A DNA stretch of 64,000 nt, taken from positions 256,001 to 320,000 of the forward strand of contig OY762492.1 of NCBI GenBank assembly GCA_963665845.2. Direction: 5' to 3'. This stretch comes from Candidatus Poribacteria bacterium (GTDB taxonomy: Bacteria; Poribacteria; WGA-4E; GCA-2687025). The translations under genes were made by a program, and so were the position numbers. Below, piece after piece: positions 8,263-17,626 of the stretch (within the stretch, counting starts at the first letter, position 1; every line of letters starts with the position of its first letter). A model generated the notes under the pieces. The model saw only the letters and a program-made list of their open reading frames with translations, was not told where the DNA came from and ran no database searches.

Positions 8263-10712
8263 AATCGATGAGGTTTGCATTCGCTTTCTTCTGCTGCGCG
8301 TTCTTGCCCGCGGCGGCATTCGCCGAGGGGGGCGACTCTTTAGAGCCGATTGAGCTGGTCGTTTGGGGGCTTGGAGAAGGCGAGTCGCAGATTGGGCGCG
8401 TCGCCGCGATGGACGAATTTGAACGCCGCTGGAACGCCGACTCTTCGCGTCCGCCGTTGAAGATCGTCAAATCGGTTCAAGGCGGGCGCATGAATCCGCA
8501 GCGTCTCATGACCGCCATCGCGGGCGGCGCGCCGCCGGATGTTGTCAACCAAGACCGCTTTTCTATCGGCGGATGGGCGTCGCGCGGCGCCTTCCTTCCG
8601 CTCAACCCGTTTATGGAAGCGGACGACAGAACCGACCCGCTTGCCGTTCGCAGAGAGGATTACTTCGAAGCATGCTGGGAGGAGGCGGTTTATGAAGGAA
8701 GCGTCTACGCCGTTCCGAACAGCTCGGACGCGCGCGTCCTCTTTTACAACATGGACCTGCTTGAGGCGGCGGGTTATGTGGACGAACAGGGCAAGGCGAA
8801 GCCGCCGACAACATGGGCGGAGCTGAAAGAGTACGCCGTTCGGTTGACCGTAGAAAACGCGGACGGCAGCTATGAGCGGATCGGTTTTATCCCAAACTAC
8901 GGAAACAGCTGGCTCTATCTCTACGGATGGCAGAACGAAGGCAGGTTCATGAGCGCGGACGGGGAGACCTGTACGCTGGACGATCCGCGCATCGTGGAGG
9001 CGCTGGAGTATATGAAGGAGGTCTACGAGGCGCTGGGGGGTCGGGCGGCGGTTGAATCGTTCATCTCCGTTTTTCAAGCGGGGGCGTTGGATCCGTTTTT
9101 GAACGGCAAGGTGGCGATGAAGATCGACACGAACGGGTTTATGGGAACGGTCGCGCGCTGGCGCCCTGATCTGCGTTTTGGCGTCGCCCCTGCTCCCCGC
9201 CCTGAAGCGTACGCCGATGAGCCTCTGACTTGGTCGGGCGGTTTTTCATGGGCGATTCCGCGCGGGGCGAAACATCCGGACGCTGCATGGGAATTTATAC
9301 GGTGGATGAGCGGCGTTGAAGCGGCGAAGATCGAACATCAAGCGCTCCAGCGATACAACAAAGCGCGCGGAAGACTCTATGTCCCCGGCATCTCCGCCAA
9401 CGCGCGCGTCAACGAATGGACGCTTGGCAACATCGTTGAAAACAGCCGCGAACTGGAGCGGTACGGATTCGCCGAACATTACAAAACATGCGTACGGATG
9501 ATGCAATACAGCCGCTTCCGCCCCGTGACGCCGGTCGGGCAGCTGCTTTGGGATGAGCATCGCCGCGCCTTCGACCGCGCGACGCTTTCCCCGAACCAGT
9601 TCACGCCGCGGGAGGCTCTCGAAACGGGGGCGCAAGAAACGCAGCGCGAACTGGAACGGCTCAAACAGCGCCGAGCGCGCAGTCCGATGTACTGGACAAT
9701 CGCCGTGCCGCTGTTGCTGCTCGCGGTCGGGGTCGGCGCGGCGCTCGTCTTCGCAAGAGGATACGCCGCTCAACAACGGGCGCTGCGCCCGGACGCGAAA
9801 CAGGAGGCGTTTGCGGGCTATCTCTTCGCGTCGCCATGGATCTTCGGCTTCCTGCTGTTGACGATCGGACCTGTCAGCGCCTCGATACTTCTCAGCTTCA
9901 CCGAGTACGACGCCCTAAACCCTGCGAAGTTTGCGGGCTTGGACAACTACATCTATTTGACCACCAAAGACCCTGTCTTTTGGAAATCGCTCGGAAACAC
10001 GGCGTATATGGCGCTGGCGGTTCCGTTAGGGATGGCGGTCGGGCTTGGGCTGGCGATGCTGTTGAGCGCCGAAACGCGCGGCTCCGCGGCGTACCGCACC
10101 TTTTTCTATCTGCCCGCCGTTGTCCCGGTCGTCGCCAGCTCCATTCTCTGGGTATGGGTTTTAAATCCGAACAGCGGGCTGCTCAACACGGCGCTGCAGT
10201 TTGTCGGGCTGGACGGCATCGCGGAATCGATGGCGCGGCGGTTCGGCGCGGACGGGCTGTTCTGGCTTCAAGAAGAATCGCTCGCCAAACCGGCGATTGT
10301 GCTGATGGGCTTATGGAGCGCCGGTTCCAGCATGGTGATCTGGCTCGCCGGTTTGAAAAGCGTACCGAAGCAGCTGTACGAGGCGGCGGAGATTGACGGC
10401 GCGGGGCGCCTCGCCCGATTCATCCGAATCACATTGCCGATGTTGACCCCGTATATTTTCTTCAACCTTGTGATGGGAATCATCGGCGCCTTTCAGATTT
10501 TCACGCAGGCGTACGTCATGACCGAAGGCGGGCCGGCCGACTCAACGCTCTTTTATGTGTACTATCTTTTCAACAACGCCTTCCATTACTTTCGAATGGG
10601 GTACGCTTCCGCGATGGCGTGGATCCTGTTCGGCATCATACTCATTTTGACGCTCATACAGTTCAAGCTTGCCCCGCGCTGGGTTCACTACGGATCGAGC
10701 GACTCCTCATGA
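8259..10712 (+). CDS. Sugar ABC transporter substrate-binding protein fused to a permease
   Basis: Signal peptide; SBP motifs (PPDVV, LFYN.DL, SGGFSWAI, AWEFI); C-terminal permease with LYEAAEIDGA EAA loop. Confidence 0.9.
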   Translation: MKSMRFAFAFFCCAFLPAAAFAEGGDSLEPIELVVWGLGEGESQIGRVAAMDEFERRWNADSSRPPLKIVKSVQGGRMNPQRLMTAIAGGAPPDVVNQDRFSIGGWASRGAFLPLNPFMEADDRTDPLAVRREDYFEACWEEAVYEGSVYAVPNSSDARVLFYNMDLLEAAGYVDEQGKAKPPTTWAELKEYAVRLTVENADGSYERIGFIPNYGNSWLYLYGWQNEGRFMSADGETCTLDDPRIVEALEYMKEVYEALGGRAAVESFISVFQAGALDPFLNGKVAMKIDTNGFMGTVARWRPDLRFGVAPAPRPEAYADEPLTWSGGFSWAIPRGAKHPDAAWEFIRWMSGVEAAKIEHQALQRYNKARGRLYVPGISANARVNEWTLGNIVENSRELERYGFAEHYKTCVRMMQYSRFRPVTPVGQLLWDEHRRAFDRATLSPNQFTPREALETGAQETQRELERLKQRRARSPMYWTIAVPLLLLAVGVGAALVFARGYAAQQRALRPDAKQEAFAGYLFASPWIFGFLLLTIGPVSASILLSFTEYDALNPAKFAGLDNYIYLTTKDPVFWKSLGNTAYMALAVPLGMAVGLGLAMLLSAETRGSAAYRTFFYLPAVVPVVASSILWVWVLNPNSGLLNTALQFVGLDGIAESMARRFGADGLFWLQEESLAKPAIVLMGLWSAGSSMVIWLAGLKSVPKQLYEAAEIDGAGRLARFIRITLPMLTPYIFFNLVMGIIGAFQIFTQAYVMTEGGPADSTLFYVYYLFNNAFHYFRMGYASAMAWILFGIILILTLIQFKLAPRWVHYGSSDSS

Positions 10713-12373
10713 GCAGATCTGGATTGAAACGCGCGGGGCGGCATGCCGTTCTTATCTTCGGATCGGCGCTTTTTGCCCTTCCGTTCATCTGGCTTGTCTC
10801 GACCAGTTTGAAATGGGACAGGGAGCTGTTCATGGAGCCGTCCAGCTGGTTCGACAGGCTGCGCCCGCGCCTGCCGTACCGGGTCTTGCGGACGCCGTAC
10901 ATCGCTGAACGCGACACGCAGCCGTTTCAAAAACCTTCCTCCATGGATGAACGAAAATGGGAGGCGCTGAAAGAAAGCCTGGAGTCGCTGCTCTGGGAGG
11001 AGGCGCAGCAGGTTCTGACGGGGCGCGATTATCCGGACGCGGCGCGCAACGCTCTCCGAACGCATGTCGCCCGCGACCTGTGGCGGCAGATCGCCGCCGA
11101 AAAACCGAACGGGCTATGGAACGAATCGGCGGAGATGATCAAGGCGGAGATTGCGGACAGCGTCTCGTATGAAAAGATTGAAAGCGCATGGAGCCGACTA
11201 TACCGGTCGATTCGCCTCGGAACGCCTTCGGTTCAGAGTCTTGACCGAAGCGAGTATAAAGCGGCGGGCGGGAAATGGAACGCGTCTCGCGGCGGTTCGC
11301 TCATTTCTCCGCGCGAAATGATTCAGGAGCAAGAAATCTGGACCGACTATCAACGCGCCCCCGCGCCGCCGTACGCCTCATACTATGCGTATGAGATCGC
11401 CTCGCCTGTCCAGTTGAGCGGTCTTGCGGCGGTCATTGTCCCGATACGCGCGGATGAATCGTACCATCACTTCACCGCGGAGGTGGAGATGAACGGGGAG
11501 ACCTACGTCAGCAAAAAGCCGTTCATACTTCAAAACTACGGCTGGAACGAGACGCTGTTTCAGCTGCGGGGAGAGCCGTTGGACAGGGAGGCGATCCCGC
11601 TTGAAAAGACCGATCGCGCGTCGTCGGTTGTGGAGCCTGGGCGCGTAAAGATTGTGTTGACGCTGCATCGCGCGCCGTATCTGCTGGCGGCGTACCGCAA
11701 ATTTTCCCGCAACTACTACGAAGCGTCCTCGTTTGTCAGCTTTTGGCGTTATGTGTTGAATACGGCAATGGTGACCGCGTTGAGCGTCGCGGCGCAGCTG
11801 CTGTCCTGTTCGCTGGCGGCGTATGCGTTTGCGCGCCTGCGCTGGCCGGGGCGCGACAAACTGTTTTTCCTGCTCATCTGTACCATGATGCTTCCGCCGC
11901 AGGTGACCATGGTGCCGCTGTTCATTCTGGCGCGGAATTTAGGGTTGTACGACACGCTGCATCCGCTGTGGGGTACGTCGCTGTTCGGGAGCGCGTTTTT
12001 TATTTTTCTGATGCGGCAATTTTTACTCGGCGCGCCGCGCGACCTTGAAGACGCCGCAAAGCTGGACGGATGCGGCTTCTTCGGGCTGTACTGGCGCGTC
12101 ATACTTCCGCTGGTGAAGCCGGCGCTGGCGGCGGTCGCCGTCCTGCAGTTCATGGGCGCGTGGAACGACTTTTTATCCCCGCTCATCTATATCAGCAGCG
12201 AAAGCAAAATGACCCTGTCGCTGGGTCTTCAGTTGTTCGAATCGACGAGCGGAGCCGAGTATGGGATGCTCATGGCGGCGTCAACCGTTATGACGCTGCC
12301 GGTTGCGGCGCTGTTCTTCTTTGCGCAGCGGTATTTCATTCAGGGCATCACGTTGACAGGCATCCGCGGCTAA
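10709..12373 (+). CDS. Carbohydrate ABC transporter permease with a large soluble insertion
   Basis: PFIWLVSTSLK, then about 300 aa insert, then AYAFARL, LEDAAKLDG, QRYFIQG; ATGA overlap with previous gene. Confidence 0.88.
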   Translation: MSRSGLKRAGRHAVLIFGSALFALPFIWLVSTSLKWDRELFMEPSSWFDRLRPRLPYRVLRTPYIAERDTQPFQKPSSMDERKWEALKESLESLLWEEAQQVLTGRDYPDAARNALRTHVARDLWRQIAAEKPNGLWNESAEMIKAEIADSVSYEKIESAWSRLYRSIRLGTPSVQSLDRSEYKAAGGKWNASRGGSLISPREMIQEQEIWTDYQRAPAPPYASYYAYEIASPVQLSGLAAVIVPIRADESYHHFTAEVEMNGETYVSKKPFILQNYGWNETLFQLRGEPLDREAIPLEKTDRASSVVEPGRVKIVLTLHRAPYLLAAYRKFSRNYYEASSFVSFWRYVLNTAMVTALSVAAQLLSCSLAAYAFARLRWPGRDKLFFLLICTMMLPPQVTMVPLFILARNLGLYDTLHPLWGTSLFGSAFFIFLMRQFLLGAPRDLEDAAKLDGCGFFGLYWRVILPLVKPALAAVAVLQFMGAWNDFLSPLIYISSESKMTLSLGLQLFESTSGAEYGMLMAASTVMTLPVAALFFFAQRYFIQGITLTGIRG

Positions 12374-12445
12374 GCTGATATTCCACTCTCGACAGCGGAG
12401 GTTTGGGTAGTACGCTCATACGGGGATATTCGCGGCGCCGCGTTC

Positions 12446-12536
12446 GATTCCCCCCTTGAAAAGGGGGGCTAGGGGGGTTTAAAGGACGGGCGCGGCGGCT
12501 GTGATGCCTTAAGATTCCCGCTTACGCGGGAATGAC
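12446..12536. repeat. Modules C plus A intergenic repeat
   Basis: gattccccccttgaaaaggggggctagggggg and gattcccgcttacgcgggaatgac. Confidence 0.8.
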
Positions 12537-12615
12537 GGCATGGATCGGCGGCCGATTATACTAATTATCATGCGGATGAATGGATGGACGAGAACAGAAA
12601 GGGGCGGGCGAAGAC

Positions 12616-13539
12616 ATGCGGAGCAGAACAGGCGCCTATCTGGAGCTGATACGGTATCCGCTGCTGGCGATACCGATTGCGGCGTCGCTGCCGGGGATCG
12701 TTCTGGCGGCGGCGGAGATCGGAATCAACTGGCGCGTCTTTGCGGCGACGGCGACCGCGCTGTGCGGCTATTTTGCCGGCATGATCAAGAACGACTACTT
12801 CCACCGCGAACATGACCGCGCCGCGAACCCTGAACGCCCGCTCCCGTCCGGGCGCGCCCGACCCAAGACGGCGCATCGCCTCGCCTCCGGGATGTATATC
12901 GCGTGCGTTTTGAGCGGCTTTGCGATGGGCTGGATCGCCGGGCTGCTGACGATGTGCCTCGTCGCCGTGTCGCATTCATATAACGCCTATCTGAAAATGC
13001 GCGGCGTCTGGGGGAGCGTCATGCTGCCGTTCGGCATCGCGCTGTTGAGCGTGTACGGGTCGGTGTGCGTGTCGGGGGGCGTCTCGTCGGGCGTCTGGTT
13101 TTCGTTTGCGACCATTTTTCTATACGACGCGGGCGTTCATATCATCAGTACCTTCAAAGACATGGAGCGGGACAAAGCGCTGGGCGTCATGACAACGCCG
13201 CTGCAGATTGGCGCGCGGCGCGCTATGGCGGTCTCGTGGATCTTGACGGCGGGATCATTCGCGGTCGCGTTGACATTCGCGCTGCGGGTCGGGTCGGCGG
13301 CGCAGGCGGCATGCGTCGGTTTGGCGTTTGCCGCCGCGGTTTGGACGCGGCTGCCGCTCCTGCGCGAGGCGTCGGAGAAGAACGGGTATGCGGCGCTCAA
13401 AGGCTCCATGATCGGGGCGGCGCTGCTGTTTCCGTCGCCGATTGCAGGCGTCTTGCCGTTCGGGTGGGCGGCGGGGGCGGTCGCTGCGCTGGCGGGGCTG
13501 ACGGCGGTTCTGCTGGGGCGCAGCCGTCAGGAGGTGTAG
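12616..13539 (+). CDS. UbiA family prenyltransferase
   Basis: NDYF.REHD...NPERPLPSG and KDMERD...G..T motifs; multiple TM helices. Confidence 0.88.
   Translation: MRSRTGAYLELIRYPLLAIPIAASLPGIVLAAAEIGINWRVFAATATALCGYFAGMIKNDYFHREHDRAANPERPLPSGRARPKTAHRLASGMYIACVLSGFAMGWIAGLLTMCLVAVSHSYNAYLKMRGVWGSVMLPFGIALLSVYGSVCVSGGVSSGVWFSFATIFLYDAGVHIISTFKDMERDKALGVMTTPLQIGARRAMAVSWILTAGSFAVALTFALRVGSAAQAACVGLAFAAAVWTRLPLLREASEKNGYAALKGSMIGAALLFPSPIAGVLPFGWAAGAVAALAGLTAVLLGRSRQEV
13366..13537 (+). repeat. 172-bp direct repeat, copy 1 (3' end of the UbiA gene)
   Basis: Matches 14528-14699 with 3 mismatches. Confidence 0.95.
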
Positions 13540-13554
13540 TCCGAACCGCCGCGA

Positions 13555-14409
13555 TTATTTGATCACCCCTAGATCAATAAACGTGATTTTATATTCTGGA
13601 TGCGTAGGATCGCCCTTGAATGAAAACGCTTCATACCGCGTCACTTGGGGAGTCTTGAGCCGCTCTATCGCGGTGAGAAGTTCGCTCATCTTTTTCTGCA
13701 TCGCTTTGTCGTCGGGCGACTCGGCTAAACGCGCCTCAAGAGCCGAACGGGCGCTCTCAAAACGGGCAAGAGCTTTCCTCTTTTCTGCGGAAATGCGCTC
13801 GCGCTGCCATGTGATCGCGACATCCTCTTTCTCATCTGAATAGTAGATTTCGCCGTTTGGAAGCGTCAGCTTGCTCTTGAGCGATTGACCTGGAAGACGC
13901 CCCGCGCGAACTGCGAGACGAACAGGATCAAACTCTTCTGCAGGAATGCGGCCGCTTCCGTTATCTGGAGCCCCAGGAAGATAAGGAGCGATCGCCTTGC
14001 GAAGTTCGGGAAATTCATTCGTCTCCCATATGCGCCCACGAACTGCTTGGTACGCGGGCAGGGCATAGTCTCCAATGTCTTTCACCTCATCGCCCCGCTC
14101 TTTTATCTGCGCGTCGATTTCCATTCCAACAAGATCGGCCACCGCGTTGATAGCGTCTTCCCAGTTTTCAAAGTTGTAGGGTCCTGCGTCCGCTTGCGCG
14201 GGCATGGTTGTCTCCTCTTCAGGTTCCGGTTCCGCTTGCAGAGTTTGCGGAGGCGTTTGCTCAAACTCTGTGAGAGCGGCCTCAGCGCGTTCTTTTTGCG
14301 CGGATTCCGATTTCTTTTCTGCAGATTCGACCGCGATCCAGAATCCTATGAGCATCGCCAATACCGCGGCGACAGCGATCCCCGCCGTAATTTGCGTTTT
14401 GCGAGACAT
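13555..14409 (-). CDS. Hypothetical N-terminally anchored protein, paralogue of 14887-15870
   Basis: N-terminal TM segment; RAGR.P, LPNG.IY and DLGVI motifs shared with 14887-15870; AAGGTGGA RBS. Confidence 0.75.
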   Translation of the reverse strand: MSRKTQITAGIAVAAVLAMLIGFWIAVESAEKKSESAQKERAEAALTEFEQTPPQTLQAEPEPEEETTMPAQADAGPYNFENWEDAINAVADLVGMEIDAQIKERGDEVKDIGDYALPAYQAVRGRIWETNEFPELRKAIAPYLPGAPDNGSGRIPAEEFDPVRLAVRAGRLPGQSLKSKLTLPNGEIYYSDEKEDVAITWQRERISAEKRKALARFESARSALEARLAESPDDKAMQKKMSELLTAIERLKTPQVTRYEAFSFKGDPTHPEYKITFIDLGVIK

Positions 14410-14427
14410 GTGATCCACCTTTCGATT

Positions 14428-14526
14428 CTATTGCGCGCTCATTCTCGATCCGACCGTCACGGTGTAACTCACCTCGTAAACCGACAGGTCCCAGCGGTAG
14501 ATGTACGCCGTGATTGTGTACTCCCC
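14428..14526 (-). pseudogene. Orphan 3' gene fragment (GEYTITAYIYRWDLSVYEVSYTVTVGSRMSAQ*)
   Basis: Protein-like beta-strand reading that begins at the repeat boundary and stops 18 nt before the next gene's ATG. Confidence 0.5.
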
Positions 14527-14527
14527 T

Positions 14528-14699
14528 GAGGCGTCGGAGAAGAACGGGTATGCGGCGCTCAAAGGCTCCATGATCGGGGCGGCGCTGCTGTTTCCGTCGC
14601 CGATTGCGGGCGTCTTGCCGTTCGGGTGGGCGGCGGGGGCGGTCGCTGCGCTGGCGGGGCTGACAGCAGTTCTGCTGGGGCGCAGCCGTCAGGAGGTGT
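14528..14699 (+). repeat. 172-bp direct repeat, copy 2 (duplicated UbiA 3' end)
   Basis: Matches 13366-13537; ends in TGA rather than TAG. Confidence 0.95.
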
Positions 14700-14886
14700 G
14701 AGGGCGCAACTTAGCGCGCAATGATTTCAACTGGAGGCAACTCGCTGCTTGCGCTTCGAACAAAAACGCGGCGGATCCGCAACAGCCCGACCCGTCGCGT
14801 TCTCTTTAGGGAGCCGCGCCGATCTTCTCATCGCTCATGCCGGACGGAAACGGGGCTGACCCCTTCTCAACGGACACAGGCGGCGT

Positions 14887-15870
14887 CTATTGATCCAAAG
14901 CTTCCAGTTCCCGCTGCAGATGTTTAATCCCTTCGGTGGACCAGCCAGGTTGAGCGAGCAGACCCTCAATAACCGCTCTTGCCTCATTCTTTGCTGTCTC
15001 TATGTCGCGCTCTATAACGCCCAGATCCAACACAACTTCCTCGAACGGACCTTCAGCAGAGTCTCCCCAAAGATAGGTGCGCTCTTTGTCCGAATAGGAC
15101 GGGCTATGAATATAATTCAGCCTCTCCTCCACGCTTTTCAGTTCCTTCAACATCGCGTTCGTGTCATCCTCAGAAGCGGTACCTTTCGCCAGATCCGCCA
15201 GCAATTCGTTTTGACGCTGCGTCTTTTCTTTCAGCTCCTGTTTTCCGTTCGCAGAGAGCAGCGCGCGGGTCTTGAAACGCACAATCAGCTTTGTGTTGGG
15301 CGGCATGTTGTAGATGTCGCCGTTCGGAAGCTTCACGAAGCACGGAACCTTCGAAATCGGAATGCGCCCCGCCCGCCATGCCATGACTATCGGATGCTGA
15401 GCGTTCGGCGGAAAATCGTCGATTGTCCTCCTGATTGCCTCTCTCAGAACGGCATACTCTGGAGCCGTCATGATTCTCTCAGAAGCGATATCTTGCGCTT
15501 TAAAAGCGGCTGCGCTCTCTGGAAGCGTCTGAATCCACAGGTCAAACTCTTCTCCGATAAGCCGCGCCCATTCGTTCAGGACGCCGTCCACGGTGGACAG
15601 TTCAGGCGGAATTTCGATCGCCGCTGTCGACATTTCTTGCGCCTCGGAGGATGGTTCAAGCTCGGCGGCTTTCTCGCCGGAGGCGCCGTTCTCATCGCGC
15701 GACGCCGGCTCTTCAAAAGCCGCATGATCGGGTTGGCGGGGGGTTTGCTCATCCTGCGCGGTTTGAGGCGCATCCAATGAGCTGAAATGCCCGCCAACAA
15801 GCGTCCACAGAAGCGCCGCGATAAGAACCAGAACCGACAACGCCGCAACGATCCAGTGAAGTTTTTTCAT
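14887..15870 (-). CDS. Hypothetical N-terminally anchored coiled-coil protein
   Basis: MKKLHWIVAALSVLVLIAALLW anchor; GGAGG RBS; paralogue of 13555-14409. Confidence 0.8.
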   Translation of the reverse strand: MKKLHWIVAALSVLVLIAALLWTLVGGHFSSLDAPQTAQDEQTPRQPDHAAFEEPASRDENGASGEKAAELEPSSEAQEMSTAAIEIPPELSTVDGVLNEWARLIGEEFDLWIQTLPESAAAFKAQDIASERIMTAPEYAVLREAIRRTIDDFPPNAQHPIVMAWRAGRIPISKVPCFVKLPNGDIYNMPPNTKLIVRFKTRALLSANGKQELKEKTQRQNELLADLAKGTASEDDTNAMLKELKSVEERLNYIHSPSYSDKERTYLWGDSAEGPFEEVVLDLGVIERDIETAKNEARAVIEGLLAQPGWSTEGIKHLQRELEALDQ

Positions 15871-15880
15871 GTTTCCTCCT

Positions 15881-16582
15881 TCATTTAAGATGCTCCGCCC
15901 TGTTTTTAACGCGTCCGCCACCGCTGGGCGGTATCGGACCGCCAGGTGATGAAAGGAACGGGTTTAGAGCCGCTTCTAGCCTATGGAAGCAAAATGCGTA
16001 GTGCGTCTTGCCGCCAGGATCGGATGCCGCTGCCTGCACGCTGATGCCAAAGGATTCTCTCCGCTCCCAGTAAGTCACCCACCCCAAAGGATGCCCCAAG
16101 TTGCGCCGTTTTCTGTAGATACCAATTGCCCCACTCTTGGGAGCTCCTGATAGATCTGGATTATCGGTATGGGCATAGATCCCGGCTTCCGCATAGGCGA
16201 GCGAATAGCCGTCTACATCGTAGACAACTTGCACATTCCTATGCATGTCTCGTCCCCGGAAAAGCTGCCGAAGGAGCCTTGCTTCGACATATCCGTGAGC
16301 GGAGGCTGAAACGCCTGTGGTTGAGCCGGAGCCAGTACCGTCGTTCCCAATGCCCATGACGCCAATAGATATGGCGTCCAGTACGTAGTCGGCGGTTCCG
16401 TAGTAAGATGCCGACCCGATGGAAGGATCGCCGCCTGATATACCTGTGTGCGCAGTTGCTGTTGTAGCGCCTGGATTGTATCCAGGAGCGACAATGAACC
16501 ACGCGAGAAGCGTCGCACAGATGATGAACCAGACACTGATTCGCCGTTTGCGCGTGTCAAAACGTTCCGCAATTTTTTTCAT
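15881..16582 (-). CDS. Hypothetical secreted protein
   Basis: N-terminal hydrophobic segment then Gly/Ser/Tyr-rich body; 10 nt from the next gene. Confidence 0.65.
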   Translation of the reverse strand: MKKIAERFDTRKRRISVWFIICATLLAWFIVAPGYNPGATTATAHTGISGGDPSIGSASYYGTADYVLDAISIGVMGIGNDGTGSGSTTGVSASAHGYVEARLLRQLFRGRDMHRNVQVVYDVDGYSLAYAEAGIYAHTDNPDLSGAPKSGAIGIYRKRRNLGHPLGWVTYWERRESFGISVQAAASDPGGKTHYAFCFHRLEAALNPFLSSPGGPIPPSGGGRVKNRAEHLK

Positions 16583-16716
16583 GGCAAAACCCTTTCGCGT
16601 TGTTGCCTGTCGAGTCGTTTCGCGTCGCTACGCCTTTCTTTCCAAAGCCGTTACATGACATGACAGATCGAAAGACGAAAAAGATGGTCAAACGGCAAAT
16701 ATTTTTCATGCGCCGC

Positions 16717-17274
16717 TCATTTTTTCGCATTCAGCGTTTCTTGCAGCGTCTGAACGCCCGATCGGATCAGCCATTTGACCGTTCCGAGCGGGATCTGCTC
16801 CTTGTCGGCAATCTGCTCGTGGGTCAGCCCTTCCTTGTAATGCAGCTCGAAAACGCGCAGCTGCTTTTCAGTCATCGCGTTCTCCGCCTCCTCCCAGATA
16901 TGTTTTAGAAGGGCGCGATCCTTCCATCGTCCCCTGTTGCGAATCCGCGCAACCAGTCCGTGAAGCGCCGCCGGGTCGGTCGGCAGGATGGGTCGGACAG
17001 ACTTCAACTGCGGATAATTGATCGCTTGACGGCGCGCCGTTTCAAACAGCCAGGACTTAAAGGCGCGCGGGTTTTGAAGTTGAGAGAGGCTGCTCCATGC
17101 CCGATACATCGTTTCTTGAACAATGTCCTCTGCGCAGCTTCGGTTCGACTTTGACAGCCTCGAGCGGACATATGCGACCAGTTGAGGGCGGAAATGCGCC
17201 GCCAGAAGTTCGAAAGCGCGCTCGTTTCCTTGCTGCGCCAGTTTGACCAGTTCCGTGATACGCTCAAGCTTCAT
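16717..17274 (-). CDS. ECF RNA polymerase sigma factor
   Basis: AEDIVQET, FKSWLF..ARR (region 2); EQIA....PLGTVK (region 4); GGAGG RBS. Confidence 0.9.
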   Translation of the reverse strand: MKLERITELVKLAQQGNERAFELLAAHFRPQLVAYVRSRLSKSNRSCAEDIVQETMYRAWSSLSQLQNPRAFKSWLFETARRQAINYPQLKSVRPILPTDPAALHGLVARIRNRGRWKDRALLKHIWEEAENAMTEKQLRVFELHYKEGLTHEQIADKEQIPLGTVKWLIRSGVQTLQETLNAKK

Positions 17275-17379
17275 CTTTATCCTCCGCCGACGATATGCAG
17301 CAAACATACTATTTAATTTAATATGCCGCAACATTCTTATTAGCGCAATAAACGCAGACAACCAAACCGGTCATTTCCG

Positions 17380-17511
17380 CTGACCTCACGTCTTAAGTTG
17401 GGACATGTCGGCATGCGAACGCGGACGTCTTCTGAGGCGCCTCTGGATTCCCGCTTACGCGGGAATGACAGGAAAGAGAGCGGAAATGACGGGGAGGAGA
17501 GAGGAAATGAC
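17380..17511. repeat. Composite B plus A repeat followed by 21-bp-period GGAA(A)TGAC echoes
   Basis: ctgacctcacgtcttaagttgggacat...ggattcccgcttacgcgggaatgac; ggaaatgac at 17482 and 17503. Confidence 0.8.
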
Positions 17512-17626
17512 TGCGCCAGGCGGAAGCCTAGCGCCATGCCGCGTCAACGGCGCAGCAGCAATTTCAGCAGGGCGGCAATCAGCAGCGGCGCGGCGGCTCC
17601 CGCGATGGCGCCGAGCAGCGCGGCTT

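Noticed and set aside
14501-14701. 66-aa ORF as an independent gene
   Set aside because: It is the duplicated UbiA C-terminus with a fortuitous ATG and no clear RBS.
16640-16700. ECF-type promoter (TGACC...TGTC on the minus strand)
   Set aside because: Single instance with atypical spacing; not supportable without a regulon alignment.
13366-17360. Prophage, integron or ICE
   Set aside because: No integrase, phage, conjugation or attC features are visible.
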